DNA of 64,000 nt from a virus (taxonomy: Duplodnaviria > Caudoviricetes), in the IMG/VR virus record IMGVR_UViG_3300032272_000005, positions 23,333 through 87,332 of that record; one strand, written 5' to 3'. The stretch's first letter is position 1, and every line of letters starts with the position of its first letter. Position numbers and translations under genes: made by a program. This document shows positions 56,669 through 64,000 of this stretch, in pieces. The notes under the pieces are model-generated. The model did no database searches, was not told the DNA's origin, and saw only the letters and a program-made list of their open reading frames with translations.

Positions 56669-56703
56669 GGGGGATTTTACTAATCGCGGGTTAGGCGATG
56701 TTC

Positions 56704-57717
56704 TTAAAAAGGTATTTCATCGTCGAGTGCAGCGGTGGGATCGCCCCCCGCAAACGCCGTAGCCGCTGCAACGGGGCTAATTGCATATCCCGCCGCATGT
56801 GCCAGATCAGGGCGTAGGGCCGCAATCTCCGCGTTTGTCAGGATCGGGTATGCGTCCGCGTAATTGATTGGACAGGTCTGGGTTGGTTTCCCGTTCTCAT
56901 CGGGGTCGCCAAGTAACGGATACTTCTGCAACACCGCAGCCATTGGCAAGTCCTGCATATATTCACAGTCGTTCCCTGTACGTGGGTCTTGTTTACTTGA
57001 CCGTGAGAAGTTGAACAATTTGCCAGCTAATGTGCCCCCATGGTTCTCGGCCCGTTTTTGCAGAATGTCCCGTGCCTTCAATGGGGCAGCGAACATTTGT
57101 AGGCGTGCAGGTAGAACCGTGCCTTTGTTTTTGCCGTTCATAATTGTGTAAGGCATTGTGTTGATCACGGTAAACAACTGCATAGTTGTAGGGTTATCCC
57201 CGTTACTGTCGCATATCAGGCAAGAACCTTCCGTACCTTTGTTGCAAACCAGTTTCACCCAGTCACCGCCAACTTGGATCATGTGGGTGGCTACCATCGG
57301 AGTATCAAAAACACTTGGCCCGATTATCGTACCATCCAAGAAATAGAGTTTTGCGAATGAGCCTTCATTAAGCCAGAATTCACGCGCCCCGCCCCGCATT
57401 TTTTTACGCATTTCTTGAACAGCTTTAATTTGTTCGACTTGGGTGTTTTGTTGTGCCCCTGCCATTAGGTGTGAAGCTTGCTGTTGTGGTGCAAAAGTCA
57501 CGGTTGCTGCTGGTGCTGCTGGTGTTTCCCCTGCCGCAGTTCCTACGGGGGTATTGTTTGTAGCTGGGGTTTCAGTAGATGTTGTAGTGGCGGGTTGGAC
57601 TTCCCCCGCCCCAAGTGATCCAAGATCAATTCCGCCCTGTTCAGCGGGTGGTGCAGTTTTTACTGGTGGGGTTGTTTTTGCTTGTGACACAGACGTGCCT
57701 TTGATGTTGATAGCCAT
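56704..57717 (-). CDS. ssb: Single-stranded DNA-binding protein (gp32-like)
   Basis: H...C...CLIC Zn site, acidic DDEIPF tail, replication context. Confidence 0.75.
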   Translation of the reverse strand: MAINIKGTSVSQAKTTPPVKTAPPAEQGGIDLGSLGAGEVQPATTTSTETPATNNTPVGTAAGETPAAPAATVTFAPQQQASHLMAGAQQNTQVEQIKAVQEMRKKMRGGAREFWLNEGSFAKLYFLDGTIIGPSVFDTPMVATHMIQVGGDWVKLVCNKGTEGSCLICDSNGDNPTTMQLFTVINTMPYTIMNGKNKGTVLPARLQMFAAPLKARDILQKRAENHGGTLAGKLFNFSRSSKQDPRTGNDCEYMQDLPMAAVLQKYPLLGDPDENGKPTQTCPINYADAYPILTNAEIAALRPDLAHAAGYAISPVAAATAFAGGDPTAALDDEIPF

Positions 57718-57794
57718 ATCATTTACCTTTCAAGGTGCTAGTTCGAGTGCGCTCATTCGAGGCCCGTTTTGTTTGCGCGTTTTAGCGCGGTTTG

Positions 57795-58769
57795 TCAACC
57801 GTTCAATTCCATTATTCGGCTGCGTAATTCTTCTTCGGTACTGTCAGCAGGATCATCCCGTCCGTCAGGTGGCATTAAGTGATATACATGTGAGCCTTTC
57901 TGTGCGACTTTCTCCTGTAATCGGGTGCGTCCCAGATTTCCGCCTTTGCCAATATCGAACATAGAAACCCATCTTCCAACAGTTCGCGTCCATTCGGGTG
58001 ATCTGAATGAAACGGATAAAGCGGCTGTCACGTTCGAGTATACAGGCCATATTTTCAGCGCGTCAAAATACCCTTCAACAACCAGTACGGGTTTGGATAA
58101 ATCCAGAGTATGCTCATTGAACCAAGTGAACCCGCGCGGGGCTTGTTTCTTGAATGGGTAGTAATAATATCTTGGCCCCATTGGGTTCTTGATCAATGTC
58201 CGACCAATAAGCCCCCGTGAGCGTTGCTGTCGATCCGTGAGCGTGCATACAACCCTGTACCGTTGTGGGTCAAAGCGCAGCTTGAAGAAGTCTCTAGCGG
58301 CGTCTGAAATGCCGCGTTCATGCAAGTAGTCCACGGATGCTTGATGTTCAGATGCTAACGGGAAACTTTCAATCCAGTCTTGGTCGGGGAAGGGATCATC
58401 TGCCACATGGGTTGAAAGCGATAATGGTAGGTTCCCTGTCTTGACCTTTTCCATCGTCTCCATGATTTCAGATAGTTTCTCAATTGGTAACGCTGACCAG
58501 ACGTGCATCAATGTTGCAATCTCGCGGATGTCGCCAGAGTATCCACAGGAAAAACAGTGTGCATGGCCTTCCTCTTTTTTGGCCTCGGCACTTGAATAAA
58601 CCACTCCGAATGATGGGTTGTTATCCACGCCGCCTTCGTGTCGCCACTTGGCAAGAGGGCAGGACGCATGAACATATCCGCGCCCTACCCCTTTGATGTC
58701 TGACCCCAATGTTTCCAGTGCGGATGTTACTGCTTCTTCATTTCCAATATCAGGATCAGCATTGCTCAT
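57795..58769 (-). CDS. DnaG-like primase (Zn-binding + TOPRIM)
   Basis: CP...H...CFSC, VVEGYFDAL, FD, DP.D. Confidence 0.88.
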   Translation of the reverse strand: MSNADPDIGNEEAVTSALETLGSDIKGVGRGYVHASCPLAKWRHEGGVDNNPSFGVVYSSAEAKKEEGHAHCFSCGYSGDIREIATLMHVWSALPIEKLSEIMETMEKVKTGNLPLSLSTHVADDPFPDQDWIESFPLASEHQASVDYLHERGISDAARDFFKLRFDPQRYRVVCTLTDRQQRSRGLIGRTLIKNPMGPRYYYYPFKKQAPRGFTWFNEHTLDLSKPVLVVEGYFDALKIWPVYSNVTAALSVSFRSPEWTRTVGRWVSMFDIGKGGNLGRTRLQEKVAQKGSHVYHLMPPDGRDDPADSTEEELRSRIMELNG

Positions 58770-59236
58770 TAGAATTCGCCCAGTTCACCTTTATTGTCAC
58801 GTAGCGTAATGCTGTGTGCTTTGGGTTTTCGAACCGTCAACCGTTCCAGAACATCTGGCAACAGTATTGTTTTCAGCGCGTTCAAATCAGGCTTGTACGA
58901 AATACGAATTTGTTCATCTGTCAACTCGGCAACAGTTTCATCACGATCCCGCAAAGCCATGGTTTCGGAGGGTGGACTGTAGGCCAGTATTACGGCTTCG
59001 GTTTTGATGCTTTCACGTTTGTCCAGTGTCACAGTTTCGTAATATGCCATAGCTTTTTCGCGTAATGCTTTTTCCAAGTCTGCCAGCGCGGAAACTTTCT
59101 CTTTTTCGCGTTTGACCAGAACCATGAATTCTGCGATTTGCTCTGGGGGCATTTTTGTGTCTTTGACATATTTCACCCAGTCGTCAACATTTTTTACCGC
59201 GACGAACGGTAACGGCTTCCCGTCTAATTCATACAT
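58769..59236 (-). CDS. Mu Gam-like host-nuclease inhibitor
   Basis: Coiled-coil + KTE..I.AY.P...KPD..ALK pattern. Confidence 0.45.
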   Translation of the reverse strand: MYELDGKPLPFVAVKNVDDWVKYVKDTKMPPEQIAEFMVLVKREKEKVSALADLEKALREKAMAYYETVTLDKRESIKTEAVILAYSPPSETMALRDRDETVAELTDEQIRISYKPDLNALKTILLPDVLERLTVRKPKAHSITLRDNKGELGEF

Positions 59237-59299
59237 AGTATTTCCTTTTTGAAGTTCCAAATGTGGTGAGGGTGAATGTATTACACTGTAATTGGTTTG

Positions 59300-59737
59300 T
59301 CAACCCTTTTTGCCGTAGGGGTTACGCGCTTGTGAGGCCGCTTCCGCAGTTTTGAACAGGCCGATATACTGGCCCTGCAATGTCGCCACATATTTGCCGC
59401 TGGAATGCAGTGAGACACCTGCATATCCTGTACTGTTGTCTATACGGAGATCGGTGTTCAATGCGTTCAAAGATCGGGTAGCGGCTCTTAAATTGCCCCA
59501 ACGGTTATTCTTCTTATTGCGGTCTTTGTGATCAACCATTTCTGGCATTTCGAAACCCATACAGACAAATGCGGCTCGGTGTGCATATACTTTCTGGCCC
59601 CCGACATTTGCTTGGTAATAAACGTCAAAAGTCGTGAAGGCTGGTGTCCCAAATTTCTTACCGCCCTTGATCCATGTAAACAGCCCCGTGGTGGGGTTAT
59701 AAGCATAGTTGTCAAGGATGGTCTGGATAAGGTTCAT
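59300..59737 (-). CDS. HNH homing endonuclease (HNH_3 + AP2-like tail)
   Basis: AHR, VDHKDRNKKNNRWGNL, STGYAGV, IGLF.T.E.A. Confidence 0.9.
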   Translation of the reverse strand: MNLIQTILDNYAYNPTTGLFTWIKGGKKFGTPAFTTFDVYYQANVGGQKVYAHRAAFVCMGFEMPEMVDHKDRNKKNNRWGNLRAATRSLNALNTDLRIDNSTGYAGVSLHSSGKYVATLQGQYIGLFKTAEAASQARNPYGKKG

Positions 59738-61029
59738 AGATAGGTCAAATCCTCAGACATAGCTTCGCCAGTCACTTCGCTAAAGTCCATCGTGTCGAAC
59801 CGCCAGTTGATGCTGAATTGACCTTCTTCACCATTACGACCCTTCATCACATTAACTTTCTTTTTTGTAAGCTGGTTAAGACTTTTAGGATTTTCGAGTA
59901 GGCCAAGTATGACGCCCATGTATTCACCAATAGCGTGACTGTACCCAATATCATCGAGATCAGGGGTTGTGCCTTCCTCATCTATTTTTCCCGCGCCTTT
60001 CTTAAACTGCCATGATGAAAATATTGCTGACCCTGATCGCTGGCAGTATTGCTTCATCAGGTCAAGGTTTTCAGGAACCCGTGCATAGCGTCCAAGCCTC
60101 GTGTCGGGGTGTCTTAACATATAGGCCCCGTCAAGCCATATACGCTTAACCCCATGCATTTGGGCAATGGTTTCGATGTCCATCATTGTGCCAGCCATTT
60201 TACTGTCGTAGAGCAAGAATGGCACGTCTTTATTGTGCAGTGATGAAGCCGCGTCTTTCAAGGCTTGCACGTATTGCTCTTGGGTATGGCCTCCAATCTT
60301 GTATTGCAGTGGGCCTCCCATATACATTGGAGTTGGATCAACCCCAGCGACCATTGGCAGGGCACGCTTTTCAATCTGTGATGCCGACATTTCCTGCGTC
60401 ACGAACAACACGGGTTCACTGTAGTTATTCCAGAAATTCAAAGCCGTGCTTAACATAAGCCAAGTCTTGCCAGAACCAGGCCGACCAACAATCCCTAACA
60501 TGTCCCCGTCTTCGATCCCGCCCTGTTCGTCCAGTGTCGGGTATCCTATTTTTTGTGTGAGTGGTGCGGTTCCATCCAATTGTGACAGGTAGTGAACCAG
60601 TGCGTTTTGATCGGTCTCCCTGAGATCAAATATAAGTTGCGCGATTTGTCCTTGCGTGACTGGTAGTAAATCGGTGATCAGGGATTTTAACGCCTCATCT
60701 TGTTTTTGTTCGGATATGAGTAGGGTAGCTTTATCGGATGCGGCCCTCATCGCTTCTTCAATAAAGCGGTGTTTCAGTTGTTTGTAATCAAAGGCATATG
60801 GCTCGACAATCGGGGGTAGAAATACTGTGATCTGGTCAAGCAATGTGTCGGGGTGTGGCATGGCCCCATGTTCTACAAAGTGCGTTCGGATATAATCAAA
60901 CGCTTTGATTTCTTCTTCATAGGTTAAATAGGGTTTGGCTTTCGATAATGAGAGAACCGCTTCTGCTTGTGGCATTCCAAGTACGTGTCGTAAAACCCGC
61001 AATCCTGCGGTACTGGCATTCATAGACAT
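59734..61029 (-). CDS. dnaB: DnaB-like replicative helicase
   Basis: GRPGSGKT, FVTQEM, WLDG, SWQ, KGRNG. Confidence 0.9.
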   Translation of the reverse strand: MSMNASTAGLRVLRHVLGMPQAEAVLSLSKAKPYLTYEEEIKAFDYIRTHFVEHGAMPHPDTLLDQITVFLPPIVEPYAFDYKQLKHRFIEEAMRAASDKATLLISEQKQDEALKSLITDLLPVTQGQIAQLIFDLRETDQNALVHYLSQLDGTAPLTQKIGYPTLDEQGGIEDGDMLGIVGRPGSGKTWLMLSTALNFWNNYSEPVLFVTQEMSASQIEKRALPMVAGVDPTPMYMGGPLQYKIGGHTQEQYVQALKDAASSLHNKDVPFLLYDSKMAGTMMDIETIAQMHGVKRIWLDGAYMLRHPDTRLGRYARVPENLDLMKQYCQRSGSAIFSSWQFKKGAGKIDEEGTTPDLDDIGYSHAIGEYMGVILGLLENPKSLNQLTKKKVNVMKGRNGEEGQFSINWRFDTMDFSEVTGEAMSEDLTYL

Positions 61030-61046
61030 AGGTATTCCTTAGTCGA

Positions 61047-61628
61047 TCAAGCGGTGTAACCTTGAACGATTTTAAAGTTGTTTAGATACAGTGCATTTTC
61101 AGAACCGAATATCTCGGCTTTGGCTTTATTGTCGGGCACGCCTATAACGGTTTGCTTTCCCCGTGAGGCACGGCCCATGAGCCAACTCGACAACGCTCGG
61201 CGGGTTGCGGCTGGTGCATCGTGGTAATGGAAGTCGGGGACTGCAACAAGCGTTCCTTGCGGCCCTATACGTCCTTTGAACAAATGTTCAAGCAATGCTT
61301 CCCGTGGGATAACATTCGCGGTTATGAAGTTTCGGATTAATGCCCCCGCTATGGATCGGGATCGCTGAGACACAGATGGGTCTTGCGCCCCAATATAGAC
61401 AATGCCAAGTTTACCATCCTCTTGGGTGCGGCGAAATTCAGTCAGGTACTCAATTTCGATTGGTGTCAGATGATATGCGGCCCCCGTAATATCTCGGACT
61501 TGGATGCCAGCTTCGGCGGCATATCTATCCATATCAAGCACAAGTTTAGCGTGCACGGAAGGGTCTAGTTTGCCGTGGTCATAGATCGGGCTGGCCTGTG
61601 TTTCTATATGTTCATCCAATACAATCAT
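61047..61628 (-). CDS. DnaC/IstB-like helicase loader, Walker A apparently lost
   Basis: Between initiator and DnaB; AAA-like VAVPD...L..R....TVI. Confidence 0.55.
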   Translation of the reverse strand: MIVLDEHIETQASPIYDHGKLDPSVHAKLVLDMDRYAAEAGIQVRDITGAAYHLTPIEIEYLTEFRRTQEDGKLGIVYIGAQDPSVSQRSRSIAGALIRNFITANVIPREALLEHLFKGRIGPQGTLVAVPDFHYHDAPAATRRALSSWLMGRASRGKQTVIGVPDNKAKAEIFGSENALYLNNFKIVQGYTA

Positions 61629-62572
61629 TGTCCTGTTTTCTTAGCGTCGTGTTTCATCTTTTCAGATAACGACATGTGAGTGTATGGCTTGTTTACCACG
61701 GTTTTAGGTTTTTGCATAACGGGTTTGTCAACTTTATTTTTCGGCTGGTCTAAAATGTCACAGCGTTCCAACCACTTAGGCGCAGCCCGTCTGACCGAAT
61801 ATGGTACAGGATTTGGGCCAGCATCTTTCGGTGCGAAGTTTATCCAGTTCTGAATAATCGCTGGCAGATCATCATATAGCTTGCGCCCCAGTTTATCATA
61901 TCGCTTTGCGCAAAGTTTGATCATGCGGACAGTTTTTGGATCAACTTCGAAGGGTTTGTCGCCATTTTGGATCAATAATTTATTCCAGATGCGTGCAAAC
62001 TGCCAAGCGGTCAGTTTCTCATTGGGTGGGCTTTTATGTTGTTTTTCCGCCAGTCGAGCCTTGGCCCCATCCATTCCACCACGTAGACGGGTGGAGGGGG
62101 GAGGGGGGGAGGCTTTCTTCTCTTTCTCGGAAGAATTAAGTGAAACAAGATCATCTTCGTCAGCAAGCGTAGCGGCTGATATAGAACATTGTTTAGGATA
62201 TTTATTAAGTGTATTCTTTATAGTGGTTGCATCATGCAACGAGGTGGTTGCACAGTGTTGGTCAGGCTCGTTGCATTGTGTCTCAATGATCTTGAGTTCA
62301 CGGGTCTGGATATATAAGCGCGGTGCATGGTTCCAGTACATTTTCTTCAAAGCAATCAACCCGTGTTCAGATAACCAATTTAGGGCGCGGGAAACCGTCG
62401 CTTTAGATAACAATAATTTCTCTGCAATCATATCCAGTTTTGGGGCTGTCCATCGTTCTCCATTTCGGGTGAGTGTGGTTGTCTTGAATAGCCAGTTGAC
62501 CAGTTCCAAAACACGGGCTTGTGAGGCGGTGGCGGTAAATCTCCGATAATCGGATAAAGTAAGTTCTGTCAT
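61625..62572 (-). CDS. Replication initiator with N-terminal wHTH
   Basis: LDMIAEKLLLSKATVSRALNWL; low-complexity middle; upstream of loader and helicase. Confidence 0.7.
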   Translation of the reverse strand: MTELTLSDYRRFTATASQARVLELVNWLFKTTTLTRNGERWTAPKLDMIAEKLLLSKATVSRALNWLSEHGLIALKKMYWNHAPRLYIQTRELKIIETQCNEPDQHCATTSLHDATTIKNTLNKYPKQCSISAATLADEDDLVSLNSSEKEKKASPPPPSTRLRGGMDGAKARLAEKQHKSPPNEKLTAWQFARIWNKLLIQNGDKPFEVDPKTVRMIKLCAKRYDKLGRKLYDDLPAIIQNWINFAPKDAGPNPVPYSVRRAAPKWLERCDILDQPKNKVDKPVMQKPKTVVNKPYTHMSLSEKMKHDAKKTGQ

Positions 62573-62630
62573 ATGAATTCCAATGGTGATGCGCAGCCCC
62601 ATGTTGGGGCCAGCGCGGTGTAGTGTATAA

Positions 62631-63233
62631 TCAATGCTTGGTCGGTGTTTTGTCAACCCCAAAATTATGCTTTAAAACAACACCATCAGTATCTTCAACA
62701 ACTTCTACAAGTTTATCTACACCATCAGATATGTTTGCTTTGATCCAGTCATTTGCATCTTCCGTATAAAGAAACACAGATGGGGATGCCCCCAGATACT
62801 TAGGTGGGTACATCGCACCCAGTGACTTCATAATCACCTCACCCATATCCTTGATAAAATCGGATCGGATATTGATCTTCTCAAGAAATCCACCTTCTTC
62901 AAGGATCACGCCCCCAGATGCATTCTGGATTTTACGTGCCCATTCTTCACCAAAGGTCTTGGTAACTTTTTCTGGATGTACTCCAGTCGGGATCGCCAGC
63001 AAAGTGCGGAATGTGTCAGGGCTGCTTTCGGTATCTCCAGTTAACATACGCTTGGGCATATCCATCTTTGTGATTTTCCCGTCGCGTGCTTTATATCTGA
63101 TACGAAGCGACATGAATACTGAATTGTGCAGGATCATGGTCTTTACCGCCAGTCCTACTTCGCGTTCTTTGGTGTCTGCAAGAATTGCATAAACCTTCCC
63201 GCCTCCTGATTGTACTAACATATGGTTCTCCAA
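62631..63233 (-). CDS. Hypothetical protein
   Basis: TTGGAGA RBS, promoter at 63277-63282. Confidence 0.65.
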   Translation of the reverse strand: MENHMLVQSGGGKVYAILADTKEREVGLAVKTMILHNSVFMSLRIRYKARDGKITKMDMPKRMLTGDTESSPDTFRTLLAIPTGVHPEKVTKTFGEEWARKIQNASGGVILEEGGFLEKINIRSDFIKDMGEVIMKSLGAMYPPKYLGASPSVFLYTEDANDWIKANISDGVDKLVEVVEDTDGVVLKHNFGVDKTPTKH

Positions 63234-63424
63234 ATTAGTTGGTTAGGATTTTATGTGTATGCCCCTGCCCATGATTTGTCAACCCTAGAAATGGTTCGGG
63301 CCGCAGCACCACCCGCGACCCTTGTGTAAACCATCACTACAACCTATCGAAACAGATCGGAAGGCACCTTTGGAGAAGTAACCCTCGGAGTACATGTTCT
63401 ATAAAGCACCATCGTGCACGTTTG

Positions 63425-64000
63425 TCAACCACTTGCAGCTAATTTTAAATCTGTTTCCAGATTACTGGCATTGATTATTTGCCCCGTCTTCACGGCGTTC
63501 AGTAACATGCGTTCTCGCTCGATATACCAAGCCGTGTATGGCCCGACATACTCCGACTTCAATTCGGGATTGATCCATGGTGAGAACTCGGAATAATGTA
63601 GTGCGCCGATGTTTTCAAATTGTTCTGGCATTTCATCCAAAGACGGGATCATGTGCCAGCGCGGGTTCAGTTCCCCGAAGTCTTCTTGAGGCATTCCTTT
63701 AAAGCCGTGCAATTCTCGCCCTGTGTCATTGCTCACAGCATCCACAGAAAAAAGATTTGCCAATTTGTCAGACGGGGTGAAACAGAACAAGGCCGACCAC
63801 AGCTTGCGATAGTAATTCTGCTGAACCATCCCATCCATCTTGGTAGAATTTTCAACCACTCTGCGATCACGGTTCACTACGGAGATCGGTTTCTTGGTTT
63901 TGCGGTGTTCTCTCATCATTAATGAAGGATCATCTTGGAATAGAAAGTCACAATCCACAAACATGCAGGTTCCAGTGATCCCAAGTTCACGGGCCAGATG
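63425..64000 (-). CDS. GT-A/GT8-like glycosyltransferase (5' end outside window)
   Basis: FVDCDFLF DxD, RKLWS, WH, LHYSE..PW; frame open to window edge. Confidence 0.75.
   Translation of the reverse strand, partial: HLARELGITGTCMFVDCDFLFQDDPSLMMREHRKTKKPISVVNRDRRVVENSTKMDGMVQQNYYRKLWSALFCFTPSDKLANLFSVDAVSNDTGRELHGFKGMPQEDFGELNPRWHMIPSLDEMPEQFENIGALHYSEFSPWINPELKSEYVGPYTAWYIERERMLLNAVKTGQIINASNLETDLKLAASG

Larger units (their letters stand above)
655..63428 (-). repeat. Dispersed promoter-leader cassette family GGTTGACAAAC-N-AGGGG-N-TAnnnT ... ACACCA ... TTGGAGA (about 29 copies)
   Basis: -35 hexamers at 655,780,5846,6106,6339,6933,9102,11028,13133,13723,16030,16712,19131,21629,24320,24786,28339,36362,37901,41063,49358(TTGACC),51549,55257,57793,59298,61726,62651,63277,63423. 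Confidence 0.85.
53..63990. repeat. Dispersed 16-bp pseudo-palindrome DTGAWC-YYRR-GWTCAH (at least 18 copies)
   Basis: Starts at 53,5042,6812,9127,11042,12809,16723,20139,25262,26057,28275,33227,39692,44859,51562,52543,62286,63975. Confidence 0.9.

Noticed and set aside
57615-57629. GTGATCCAAGATCAA as another palindrome copy
   Set aside because: One base short in the centre, which changes half-site spacing; not counted.
1-64000. Genome-wide TAG recoding (code 15)
   Set aside because: Long genes are intact in code 11, and TAG ends conserved genes at natural C-termini (28348, 36368, 51577, 16738).
1-64000. Integrase, att site or IS element
   Set aside because: No recombinase or transposase motifs or flanking repeats recognised in this window.

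Overview
64 kb from a large tailed dsDNA bacteriophage (Caudoviricetes), with almost all genes on the minus strand. The one well-supported plus-strand gene is 24901-25224. In transcription order (right to left) the window holds: a partial glycosyltransferase; a replication/recombination block (initiator, degenerate loader, DnaB, HNH, Gam-like, primase, gp32-like SSB, SF2 helicase, RecA, Cas4-like nuclease, two Holliday junction resolvases); a ParB/methyltransferase/IbrAB-like cluster; TerS/TerL; a second glycosyltransferase; a truncated PPDK-like dikinase with two CX5R phosphatases and a CsrA-like gene; an intein-containing family A DNA polymerase; portal; a MuF-ADP-ribosyltransferase fusion; about 24 kb of small accessory genes; then prohead protease, scaffold and major capsid protein. 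I saw no integrase, tail module or CRISPR array. Two dispersed motif families structure the window: about 29 sigma70-type promoter cassettes (GGTTGACAAAC...) and at least 18 copies of a 16-bp pseudo-palindrome (TGAWC-YYRR-GWTCA core). The strongest candidates for undescribed systems are (i) an amber-readthrough leader (M-E-R-N-UAG-K-P-P-UAA) coupled to an anti-SD hairpin controlling a 127-aa gene, about 370 bp from a CUA-anticodon tRNA-like gene; (ii) the PPDK-like kinase / phosphatase locus; (iii) the stoperator/parS-like palindrome network. All calls come from motif recognition by eye; no database searches were run. The host is unknown; promoter and RBS style weakly suggest an alphaproteobacterium.
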